The notes below the pieces were generated by a model. It saw nothing but the letters and a program-made list of their open reading frames with translations, did no database searches and was not told the origin of the DNA. The position numbers and the translations under genes were made by a program. From a virus (lineage: Duplodnaviria > Caudoviricetes), in the IMG/VR virus record IMGVR_UViG_3300025502_000058, positions 1 to 39,861 of that record: a DNA stretch of 39,861 bases; one strand, given 5' to 3'. Position 1 is the first letter of the stretch; each line of letters opens with the position of its first letter. This document shows positions 1 to 9,000 of the stretch, one piece after another.

Positions 1-114
1 GCTCACGCACTGGCAGGCTCACGCACTGGCAGGCTCACGCACTGGCAGGCAGGGCAGGCTCACGCACTGGCAGGCTCACGCACTGGCAGGCAGGGCAGGC
101 TCACGCACTGGCAG
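1..114. repeat. Six exact copies of 16-bp GCTCACGCACTGGCAG with two 9-bp GCAGGGCAG interruptions (may extend beyond the window start)
   Basis: Copies at 1, 17, 33, 58, 74, 99. GCAGGGCAG at 49-57 and 90-98. Confidence 0.95.
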
Positions 115-194
115 GCCTAGGGGTAAAGATTGGCTTATTTGCTCAGCCCTAAATATCCCCGAAACGCCCCCAAATTAGGGGGGATTTTGCCCCC

Positions 195-233
195 TATGTC
201 CGATTTTTTTGTCCCTTATGTCCGATTTTTTTG
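195..233. repeat. Direct repeat TATGTCCGATTTTTTTG x2, 22-bp period
   Basis: Identical 17-mers at 195-211 and 217-233. Confidence 0.9.
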
Positions 234-249
234 GTGCTTTTCGAGGAGG

Positions 250-415
250 TTACCCACAGGTTATACACAGGATATACATAGGTTGTCCACAGGTTTCACA
301 CAGGCTATACACAGGTTGTCCACAGAAAAATGTTAATAAGTTGTGGATAAGCTGTGGATAAGTGCCAAAAATCTGTGGATAAGTTGGGGACAACTTGTGG
401 ATAACCTGTGGATAG
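250..415. promoter_or_regulatory. Phased bidirectional DnaA-box array (oriC-like or DnaA-titration locus)
   Basis: Forward 9-mers every 11 bp: TTACCCACA 250, TTATACACA 261, ATATACATA 272, TTGTCCACA 283, TTTCACACA 294, CTATACACA 305, TTGTCCACA 316. Reverse boxes: TGTGGATAA 342, 353, 374, 396; TGGGGACAA 385; TGTGGATAG 407. Confidence 0.88.
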
Positions 416-597
416 TGCACTGCCAACTCACAGGTAAAATTCAAAAAACGTCACTGTTCATACTTCTCCCAATGCCGTTTTAAATCCTTCCGAAAAAAGG
501 CATACCCCCTTTTCTACGAAGCACTTCCACCCAAAAAATACAAAAACAAAAAATAAACGTAAAGATCCGACTCTGCAACTTATCGTACAACTAACTC

Positions 598-606
598 TGC
601 TACACT
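598..606 (+). promoter_or_regulatory. Putative extended -10 element (TGCTACACT) for a leaderless transcript of the HTH gene
   Basis: TG-n-TACACT ends 6 nt before ATG 613, and there is no Shine-Dalgarno upstream of that ATG. Confidence 0.4.
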
Positions 607-612
607 TTCTCA

Positions 613-1137
613 ATGAGGAGAATGCAGACCCTTCCCCAAGAAGAGGTTCTAGCCCTACAATCTCTATCAAATAGCCCCCAAAAGCGAAATACACGACTTT
701 CCGCCCTCCACCAATTGGGATGGCCTCTATCTTCCTTAGCCGTTGCCACAAACTCCCCCAAATCCACGGTTAATTACTGGGTAAAAAACTCGCTCCCAGA
801 CCAAAATCAAAATCAAACCCTTAAACCACTTCCTTCCCCCCCGTCCCCCCTAAAAAACTCGCTCCCTCAACCACAAAACCTTAGAAAAAAGTCCATCAGC
901 CCTAAAGTTCCACCACATCTCTATGATACGATTAGAGAGCTATCAAATAAATCGCGCAGATACCGGTCAAAGACCCCATCAAACTCAGATATAGCCGTTT
1001 CCAACAGAAAACTCACAGTTTTAGCCCTAAATCTCAGGTCTCAAGGAGTTTCTACCGCAGATATAGCCCGCGTTGCCGGAGTTAGCTACCGAGCAATGGC
1101 AAAAAGAGTCGCAAAAGGAGAGAAAAGTGCTACCTGA
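613..1137 (+). CDS. Helix-turn-helix DNA-binding protein (two HTH-like motifs)
   Basis: LHQLGWPLSSLAVATNSPKSTVNYWVK and LRSQGVSTADIARVAGVSYRAMAKRV separated by a Pro/Gln-rich linker. Basic protein. Confidence 0.7.
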   Translation: MRRMQTLPQEEVLALQSLSNSPQKRNTRLSALHQLGWPLSSLAVATNSPKSTVNYWVKNSLPDQNQNQTLKPLPSPPSPLKNSLPQPQNLRKKSISPKVPPHLYDTIRELSNKSRRYRSKTPSNSDIAVSNRKLTVLALNLRSQGVSTADIARVAGVSYRAMAKRVAKGEKSAT

Positions 1138-1426
1138 CCACGCAATTGTTGTTTGGGCCAACCCAGATTTCCAAATACAGGGGCAAAAAAGATTGTTAGA
1201 GACAATCATTAGTCAGTATAGTTCTGACCCTATTGCCTTCCCAATTTCAATACTAAAAAATACCCTCCACAACGCTACTTTTATGGCAGAAGAGTCCGAA
1301 CTTACCCTTGGAGAAGTGCTACTTAGCTCCAGCGAAGCTGCTCCGGTAGTAATTCCTACCCAAATAGCTGAAAAACTTCTTGGCTGGACATCCTTCTACA
1401 CACACGACCAGGAAAAAGGAGCTTAA
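1127..1426 (+). CDS. Hypothetical phage protein
   Basis: Part of ORF 1073..1426. GTG at 1127 follows AAGGAG and overlaps the end of the upstream gene. Confidence 0.55.
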   Translation: MLPDHAIVVWANPDFQIQGQKRLLETIISQYSSDPIAFPISILKNTLHNATFMAEESELTLGEVLLSSSEAAPVVIPTQIAEKLLGWTSFYTHDQEKGA

Positions 1427-1796
1427 GATTAAAAAAGTTGATATTTTCCCTGCAACTGTTCTTATTGCTCCCCCAGACAGTATTCCAAACTTCCGAGACT
1501 TACCTATGCGGGGATCTCGCCCTCAAAAAACTCGCAGAGTAGACCGCTGCAGGGTAGCAATAGTCAATTCAAGCATCTATATAGTGGTAGACGACCCTAA
1601 TGGGCCAAAACTTGTGTTTAAAGAAAACGTTGCCGACTACGAAAAAGATAGAAATAACACTTCTCATCATGCAATCACTACCTCTGGTAAGATTATTACC
1701 TTCGATAAAGACGTAAACTGTGGCTGCGGGTCTAGATTACGGTCCTGGAGCCCCTTTGGAAGCTACCTAAGCGCAACAGGAGACCCCGATGCTTGA
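1380..1796 (+). CDS. Hypothetical phage protein with C-terminal CGCG motif (start uncertain)
   Basis: 138-aa ORF in the operon, ending NCGCGSRLRSWSPF, and overlapping the next gene. Confidence 0.65.
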   Translation: MAGHPSTHTTRKKELKIKKVDIFPATVLIAPPDSIPNFRDLPMRGSRPQKTRRVDRCRVAIVNSSIYIVVDDPNGPKLVFKENVADYEKDRNNTSHHAITTSGKIITFDKDVNCGCGSRLRSWSPFGSYLSATGDPDA

Positions 1797-2067
1797 TCTA
1801 GTAACAACAGGACTTGCAACCTACCGACTGTCCCGTCTTGTCGTAGAGGACGAGATCTTTGAGCCGGTAAGGTCAAAAGTGTGGAGTAAGTACCCTCCAG
1901 AGTCCTCAAAGATAGGATATCTCTTTACATGTTACTGGTGTACCTCTATATATGCGGCATCAGCACTCCAATTATCCCGTATGATTGCACCTAAGACAAC
2001 CCGCGTAGTTGAGACGGCTCTTGCTGCCTCTGCCATAGCGGGAATTATCGCCGCACAAGTTGATTAG
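1789..2067 (+). CDS. DUF1360-like small membrane protein
   Basis: ATYRLSRLVVEDEIFEPVR...GYLFTCYWCTSIY signature with CxxC, hydrophobic C-terminus, located just upstream of the portal. Confidence 0.75.
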   Translation: MLDLVTTGLATYRLSRLVVEDEIFEPVRSKVWSKYPPESSKIGYLFTCYWCTSIYAASALQLSRMIAPKTTRVVETALAASAIAGIIAAQVD

Positions 2068-2102
2068 TCAGCATGTTCCGCATACGAGACACAGGAGTAT
2101 AA

Positions 2103-4919
2103 GTGGGAATTTTTAGTCGGGACGAGGCACCAAAAACTTCTAGCTCTAGTTCTAAGGAAGTAGTTCCGTCAAGCTCTCTTTTCACTTCCGCGTCAGGTAC
2201 GACTCCGGCAAAATCTGTAGCCTACTCAACTCCTAGATCTCTTACTGCAGCCGCCGTTCAAATTAAGATTAGAGACCTCCAAGAATACGAACAATTCAAG
2301 TCCCGCCGTTCGTCAGCGTCCAGCGCATGGCAATCTGAAGCCTGGGAATATTACGATGCAATTGGCGAAATCAAGTACGCATTTAATCTTGTTGCCTCTG
2401 TTATTAGCCGTATCCGAATTTACTCAGCAGCCGTTGATGATCCTTCAGAAACTCCTTCACCGGTTTCTAAGGCAGAAAACATTGACCCCCGACTTGCAGC
2501 CGCATCTGAACGTGCATTAGAAAGATTAAGCTCAGCGTACGGTGGCCAAGCCGGACTTCTTAGGGACGCGGCCCTCAATCTCTCTGTCACCGGAGAATGT
2601 TATCTAGTTCAAATTCCTGAGCGTCCTGGTACAGGGTTGCCAGAAACCTGGGACATTAAATCTACTGACGAACTTATCACCGACGCACGCGGAAACTTTT
2701 CAGTTATTGGTCGGCGTGAACAGAACAGTACTTCCGGCTCAGGTATGACTCCTGTAGGAAAAGGTATTTCACTTACTGATAGGTCTTTCGTTGGCCGTAT
2801 TTGGAGGTCACATCCTCGCTACTCAGATGAAGCGGATTCGAGTTTGCGTGGTCTATTAGACCTGTGCCTTGCTGAGGGCACTCTGGTGTTTACACCTAAG
2901 GGCGCTGTGCCTATTGAAAATGTCTCTGCAGGAGATTTAGTTTACTCTCGCAATCCAGACTCTGGAGAGCTAGTGCAGTCTATGGCTTCCCGCGTGTGGT
3001 CTACTGGTGTTAAGCCAGTCTACAAAGTCTCTTCTCGAGGCCGTTCAATCCGCGCCACTGGCAACCACCCTGTTCTTGTTTTGCGCGATTCAAACCCAGC
3101 CACTAAAAAAGGCGTTAGTGCTAAATACGAGCTTTCATACGTTCGTGTTGATGAGCTTTCTAGAGGTGACATGCTCGTCTCTTTCGAGACTGCTGGCACG
3201 CCTAGTTACGACATGCAGGTTTTGCCATCTGGTGTTGAAATCAACGAGGACGTCGCGTGGTTTATTGGGCAAGTTACAGGCGACGGACACATTCATAGGG
3301 GGAAGTACTCTAAGAATTGCCTAAATGTTGCGGACTACAACCCTATAGTTCGCAGTAGGCTTGTTCAAATTGCTCAGGACTACTGGAATGCCGACCACTT
3401 TTTCCATCAGGGCGGGAACTTTAGAGTTAAGTCTGAAGCACTTACTTCAGATATGCGCTCTCTCGGTCTTGCCGTTTACTCATATGAAAAAACAGTACCT
3501 GAGCTTATTTGGGCGTCTCCTACCGACGTTCAGAAATCTTTTCTTTTAGGTTATTTTGAGGCTGACGGTTCGGGAGGGGCAAAGTCTAAGGGCTACCATT
3601 CGTACGCCTCTGCAAGCTATGGTCTTGTCTCCCAAGTGCGTGCCATGCACATTATGCACGGGGACAGGGTCAGCAGTGTGATGACACAGGAACGCCCTGA
3701 AGTAATGCACATAGCTGGAAACACAAAGCCTACGTTAAACGCTAAGCCATTGCATAGGTTTGAAATGTATGGCAACACCTCTAATCGACGTGGTGACTTG
3801 CCCATGCGAAGGAACAAGTCTGCTCGAGAGCTTCTTTCTTTAGACCAGCCTTTTGTTGTTTCCTCAGTTAAGTCAATTGTTCCTGATGGTGAAGCCACCG
3901 TCTGGGATATGACGGTGCCTGACACGGAAAACTTTATTGCAGATGGTATTGTAGTCCACAACTGTGCAGAATTACTTTTGCTTAACCGTACCTTCCGCGC
4001 TACTGCACGCTCACGCCTTAACGCTGGCGCTCTCTACCTGCCTGACGGGCTCTCTGTCGCTGCTCAGGGTGATGGAGATTTCCCTCTTGACTACGATTCC
4101 GAAATTGATCCGGTCTCGTTTACCCCCGAAGAAGCAGAAGACGAGTTTGAAGAACAACTTATTGATGCAATGACTACACCTATTAGAGATGAGGAATCCG
4201 CTAGTGCCGTTGTGCCGCTTATCATCCGAGGCCCTGCAGAACTTGGGGACGCTATCAAGCAGTTTAAATTTGAAAGATCGTTCGACCCAGCTCTTGCACA
4301 GCGTGCTGATCGCGTCCTCGAACGTATTCTTCAGGGCCTTGATGTACCGAAAGATGTAGTAACGGGTCTGGCCAATGTCAAATACTCTAATGCTCTCCAG
4401 ATTGACGAGTCTCTTTATAAGGCGCACATCGAACCACTCATGCTGCTTCTTGTTGACTCCCTTACGGTTGTGTACCTTCGACCATACTTAATTGCAAATG
4501 GCTTTGATGAAAATGAAGTTAAAAAGCTTGTTGTTTGGTATGACCCAAGCGCCGTTGCAACTCGTAACGACCGAGCAGCCGACGCTGATGCAGGGTTTGA
4601 TCGTAACGCAGTTTCTTACAACGCTTGGAGACGAGCCCACGGGTTTTCAGATGCCGATGCACCGGACGCCAAAGAACTTACAATTCGTATGCTCTTTGAG
4701 CGTGGCGTAATGACACCCGAACTTACCGAGTCTCTGCTAACAACTCTTGCACCAGAAGTAATGACAGGAGTAAGAAACGTACAACAAGCTACATCTGTTG
4801 CCCCTGTTCCGGCAGGAATTCAAGATGCAGCAGGTGGCGGTGAAGTTACACCCTCTCCAACAACACCTGAAGCACCGTCTGAAGAAGTACCGTCAAACCT
4901 TTTTGAGCCTAACCAATGA
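2103..4919 (+). CDS. Portal protein, intein-containing (about 572 aa after splicing)
   Basis: WQSEAWEYYDAIGEIKYA, RIWRSHPR, RSRLNAG and GLDVP motifs typical of actinophage portals. First gene of the head module. CAGGAG RBS before the GTG. Confidence 0.85.
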   Translation: MGIFSRDEAPKTSSSSSKEVVPSSSLFTSASGTTPAKSVAYSTPRSLTAAAVQIKIRDLQEYEQFKSRRSSASSAWQSEAWEYYDAIGEIKYAFNLVASVISRIRIYSAAVDDPSETPSPVSKAENIDPRLAAASERALERLSSAYGGQAGLLRDAALNLSVTGECYLVQIPERPGTGLPETWDIKSTDELITDARGNFSVIGRREQNSTSGSGMTPVGKGISLTDRSFVGRIWRSHPRYSDEADSSLRGLLDLCLAEGTLVFTPKGAVPIENVSAGDLVYSRNPDSGELVQSMASRVWSTGVKPVYKVSSRGRSIRATGNHPVLVLRDSNPATKKGVSAKYELSYVRVDELSRGDMLVSFETAGTPSYDMQVLPSGVEINEDVAWFIGQVTGDGHIHRGKYSKNCLNVADYNPIVRSRLVQIAQDYWNADHFFHQGGNFRVKSEALTSDMRSLGLAVYSYEKTVPELIWASPTDVQKSFLLGYFEADGSGGAKSKGYHSYASASYGLVSQVRAMHIMHGDRVSSVMTQERPEVMHIAGNTKPTLNAKPLHRFEMYGNTSNRRGDLPMRRNKSARELLSLDQPFVVSSVKSIVPDGEATVWDMTVPDTENFIADGIVVHNCAELLLLNRTFRATARSRLNAGALYLPDGLSVAAQGDGDFPLDYDSEIDPVSFTPEEAEDEFEEQLIDAMTTPIRDEESASAVVPLIIRGPAELGDAIKQFKFERSFDPALAQRADRVLERILQGLDVPKDVVTGLANVKYSNALQIDESLYKAHIEPLMLLLVDSLTVVYLRPYLIANGFDENEVKKLVVWYDPSAVATRNDRAADADAGFDRNAVSYNAWRRAHGFSDADAPDAKELTIRMLFERGVMTPELTESLLTTLAPEVMTGVRNVQQATSVAPVPAGIQDAAGGGEVTPSPTTPEAPSEEVPSNLFEPNQ
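2865..3962 (+). mobile_element. Intein (366 aa) with LAGLIDADG homing endonuclease
   Basis: Starts CLAEGTLV (block A), has ATGNHPVL (block B), WFIGQVTGDG and FLLGYFEADG (LAGLIDADG helices) and VWDMTV (block F), and ends FIADGIVVHN|C. Exteins join as LLDL-CAELLL. Confidence 0.95.
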
Positions 4920-4937
4920 AACTAGTAGGAGAAAATA

Positions 4938-5993
4938 ATGGATAAGAGCCGTCCCTGCGTTGAAGCCCTTAAGCAGGGAATTAGCGACTCATTTACCATG
5001 TACTTTCGAGCACACGCCTATCACTGGAACGTAGAAGGTTCGGACTTCAGCGAATACCATAGATTTTTCAAGAAGATCTACGAAGATGTCTACGGATCAA
5101 TTGATGAGTGGGCAGAAAACATCCGAAAACTCAATGCTCTAGCTCCTCAGTCCGTTGAAGAGGTCGGCATGCCTAGCCTAATTAAAAGTGTTTTTATTGG
5201 GTCAAACCCAATGGAAATGTCTATCGCACTATATGAAGCTAATGAAGTTGTTCTTGCTTCTATTGACGCTGCCGCTAAAATTGCCAACGAGATTAACGAA
5301 CAAGGTATTGCGGATTTCCTCGCATCCCGAGATAACATGCACAAGAAATGGCGTTGGCAGCTAAATGCCATCACTGGTATTGGCAACAAGTCAGAAGAAG
5401 AAGAGATGGAAGGCGAGATGCTTCCAGATTCACATGTTGCCTACGACGTTAATAGAGATATGGAATATGTCTACTTTGGAGATCAAACCGAAAAAGAGAT
5501 TTCAAGCCGAATTGTGCGACACAACAAAAAAGCTCCTGCATCTCTCCAAGCCTCGGTCGAAAGTGTTCGCGCAGTGTTTCGTCGTGGCGCTCTAACTGCA
5601 TCTGCTGCAACAGATCGCAATAAAAGCGGACTAACACGAGTTGATGCGTTCCTTCGGTTGCTCAGCTCTGGTAGGCCAGCAAACTCTCTATACAAGGTTG
5701 ACAATGATTTGCTTCCTAGCTCCCATGCTCGCAGTACCTATAGTGAAGATGCCCTGGTTGCGTCCGCTGCCGCTGCCTCTCTCACCTTCTCTGACTTAGA
5801 GACCATTGACCGTCCAGAAGAGTACGTTCTTGCTCTTACAGAGCTTTCCGGTATGGGATACGAGATTGAGCCAGCCATTCGTGCTTCATGGCTACGAGCA
5901 GTTACTTCTGGAGAAAGTCCCCGCGAGCGTTCTTTAGGTCTTGCAACTAATAAGTACGATAGCCAAGACGCAGACCTTCTTCCCACTATCTAG
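4938..5993 (+). CDS. dps: Dps/ferritin-like domain fused to a phage head-associated C-terminal domain
   Basis: AHAYHWNVEGSDFSEYHRFF...IDEWAENIR (H29, H41, D56, E60 at ferroxidase positions) and HKKWRWQL. About 200 extra residues include AVFRRG...RVDAFLRLL...DNDLLP. Confidence 0.85.
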   Translation: MDKSRPCVEALKQGISDSFTMYFRAHAYHWNVEGSDFSEYHRFFKKIYEDVYGSIDEWAENIRKLNALAPQSVEEVGMPSLIKSVFIGSNPMEMSIALYEANEVVLASIDAAAKIANEINEQGIADFLASRDNMHKKWRWQLNAITGIGNKSEEEEMEGEMLPDSHVAYDVNRDMEYVYFGDQTEKEISSRIVRHNKKAPASLQASVESVRAVFRRGALTASAATDRNKSGLTRVDAFLRLLSSGRPANSLYKVDNDLLPSSHARSTYSEDALVASAAAASLTFSDLETIDRPEEYVLALTELSGMGYEIEPAIRASWLRAVTSGESPRERSLGLATNKYDSQDADLLPTI

Positions 5994-6007
5994 AAAGGCA
6001 GACTTAA

Positions 6008-9000
6008 GTGTCTAATCACAAAGAAAGAATTCTTTCGTCAGCGTTGGGAATAGTCTCTGACGCTAATGAAGGAGTAAATGGAAGTCGATATGTAGCCACT
6101 GGCATAGTTGAGATGATTGTAGATAGATCCCTTGCCATAACTAGCGCACTACCATTCTCCGTACGTGAGCATCTTGCTGTTCGTGACGTATCAGACTTTG
6201 TGAGAGTAAGCCAGCGCGGAAACAGCATGTTCCGTAAAGCTAGAAACACTGATTTGCTTCCTATTGGTAACCCGCTATCTACTAGACGAAACGCTATGTC
6301 TCGCTCAGCAATAAGAGCATGTAGTGCCAGATGGATTGCAGCAGATCCCCGTATTAAAACAGAAGAGGCCCGCTCGCTAGTGGCATCTGCTTTAAATGCG
6401 GAGGTTGGAAGTATTGAGCACGACTACTACATTGCAAGACTTTCTAGTCTTAGCGAAGGTACTGTCCCGCTTCGTGCTCTAGTTGCTGCCTTTGGGGATG
6501 GTAACTCTAGCGCTGCTCGTTCCGCTCGCGCAAAGCTCCAGCGTCGTGACCGTGAGGGTCAATTCGCGTGGATGGGTGGAGGCATGTCTACACTGATTTC
6601 TCGCGCTGGACAAATCTTTAGCCGTACTGGTACTTTAGTTGGTCAGGGAACAGACTCATCCGGTGGAAACTTTTTTGATGTTGAGTACGCAGACGGCACC
6701 CTCGCAAGAATTCCTGCATCCGCTGGAGAGTCTCGTAAAGCCACTATTTCACTGGAACAGTCGGGGGATGGGTACTCTCCAGCACCATCAAAAGAGGTCA
6801 CTGCTAAAGATTCAATCATTAATGAGGCAGATATTGCCTACATAAGTGCCCCCGAAGGGTTCTACAAGGACACAAACTACGACGGTCCCGGTGAAAAATT
6901 TACCGACGACGAACACGACGTATTTAAATTTGACCCTAACGATGAAGAGGCCCCAGAAAATGTAACTTCTGGAGAAATGATTGATTTTAACAGACCTTTA
7001 TATGTGTTTCGTGACGCCGGAGCAGAGCCAATAGATTTTGACTACACAGCACAGTCTTGGTCAGAAATGCAAGACTACATCCGGTTGAACCAGAACAGCA
7101 GTGACAAGGCTGCAGGTAGAGATCCAGGAGTTATTGCACAACTTAGTGAAGAACAACTTAACAAAGTTGCCGACGAGACCCCAGAAGATGACAATGCTGA
7201 AGAAGTAGCCATTAGACTTTTTGGGGATCAATTTGAATCTTCTACACCAGTAACTAAAGATCCTGTTGGAGATACAAAGTCTGATTTTCTTAATGCTCCC
7301 GATGGTGCGTACATTCCAGATCTAGACACCCCCTACATTCCTGAAGGTCGGAGCAACCAAGCGTCCGAAGACTACACAGACGACCCTGCAGAACTTGGAA
7401 GTAATCGAGACATTTCAGATCAAGATCTTCGTAATGCTCTTTCAGAGGCAATTTCTCCTGTTGATGGCACGCCTGCCGAGGGGTTTGGTAATCTTCCATT
7501 TGATCAAGGAGACGAGCTAGTTTCCGCCGAAGCAATTGCAGAGGCTCTTAAGAATCGCGGATTTGATCCAAAAGAAGAGATCAATAACATCTTCAATTCA
7601 GGTGAGTCAACTGCCCCTGTAGCAACTATCCCGGATTCAGCTCCCCAAGAAATGGAGATGGTGTCTCAGGAGGAAAGAAACAGCGCCGCTGACTTAGCAC
7701 AAAGCATGGGACTAGGGGATGATGCTGAAGAACTGCTGCGTACTGGTGGAAGCTATTCAGAAATTATTGAAGCCCTCAACAAGGATAAATTTCCGGGCGC
7801 TGGTACGATGCGTAGCAGATACGAAGCTAGACTTGAAAACTATGAGACTCGTTTTTTTGTTGACAATCCTAGTAATGCTAGGCGCGAGTCTTGGGAAAAA
7901 TTCGGTAGGTTTAAAAGTACTCTAGATAAACTAGAAAAAGAAGAGCCAAAGGCTCGGCTAGAACTAGAAGAAGATACGAGTACGGATCTTCCTCCTCTTC
8001 TTGAAGGTCTATCAAACGAAGAAAAGGAAGAGTTTAATCGGACTGGGGATTACAAAAAGTACCTCCCTATAAATGATATACCAGACTCTTTTCCAGTAGG
8101 TATATACGAAATAGATCCGCGACCCTTTGATAATGAATTTAATAACCTTAGATTTGACCCAATAAATCTTGCAAATACTGTAGTAACAGAAGATCTTATA
8201 TCCGCCTTTAAAGAGTCTCTTATTGCCGAAAATGATGGTATGGGAAGACTATTGATAGAAGACTCTGATGGTGAATTCCCGATAACATCCATACCAGCCG
8301 AGGCCTTAAGAGATGCGTTACAACTTCAGGGAGAAGACACAAATAAAATTTTGTTCGCAGCATTAAAACCCGGGGGTGTATCCACGGGGGACGGTAGCGG
8401 TAGCGGTAGCGGTAGCGGTGGCGGTGGCGGTAGCGGTAGCGGTAGCGGTAGCGGTAGCGGTAGCGGTGGCGGTGGCGGTGGCGGTGGCGGTGGCGGTAGC
8501 GGTGGCGGTGGCGGTAGCGGTAGCGGTAGCGGTAGCGGTAGCGGTAGCGGTAGCGGTAGCGGTAGCGGTAGCGGTAGCGGTAGCGGTGGCGACGAGAATA
8601 CGGGAGAGGATACCGGTGGAAGAACTCCTAGTGGGTTCTACAGAGTAGATCCAGACGGTAAAATAAATAAAGATGTAGAGTATACAGAAGAATACCTAGA
8701 CTACCTTCTTTCTTCCCCCCCTCAAGATCTTTCTCTGCAAGAACTTCTTGACCTAGAGTCCATGATCAATCAAATGGAGGGCCGTGAAAGACGTATTGCT
8801 GCCCTAACTCTGATGGAGACCCAGGCTGAGCTTGCGCGACGAGATCAAGATAGTAAAGACGACGTAGGATCTCAATTTGAGGGCAATAGATATGTAGTTG
8901 ATCCACCACCATCTAAGCGGATACTTGACGATGAGTACGTTGATGAATTGCTTGGTATGGACCCGAAAGATATGAACTCTGAGCAACTTTCAGATGCTTT

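Noticed and set aside
1-114. CRISPR array
   Set aside because: Repeats are 16 bp and adjacent or separated by an identical 9-mer, with no unique spacers and no cas operon.
130-444. ORFs 130..336 (+) and 250..444 (-)
   Set aside because: Their repetitive translations are by-products of the DnaA-box array and show no recognisable domain.
250-612. Genuine bacterial chromosomal oriC
   Set aside because: No dnaA, dnaN or rpmH nearby, phage genes follow, and I could not identify a clear DnaA-trio run. A chimeric join cannot be excluded without reads.
6008-7000. MuF domain at the giant protein N-terminus
   Set aside because: The position fits, but I could not find the typical MuF H-x-x-C-R-C-type motif.
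8376-8648. Poly-Val-Ala 90-aa ORF
   Set aside because: Alternate-frame reading of the Gly/Ser microsatellite.
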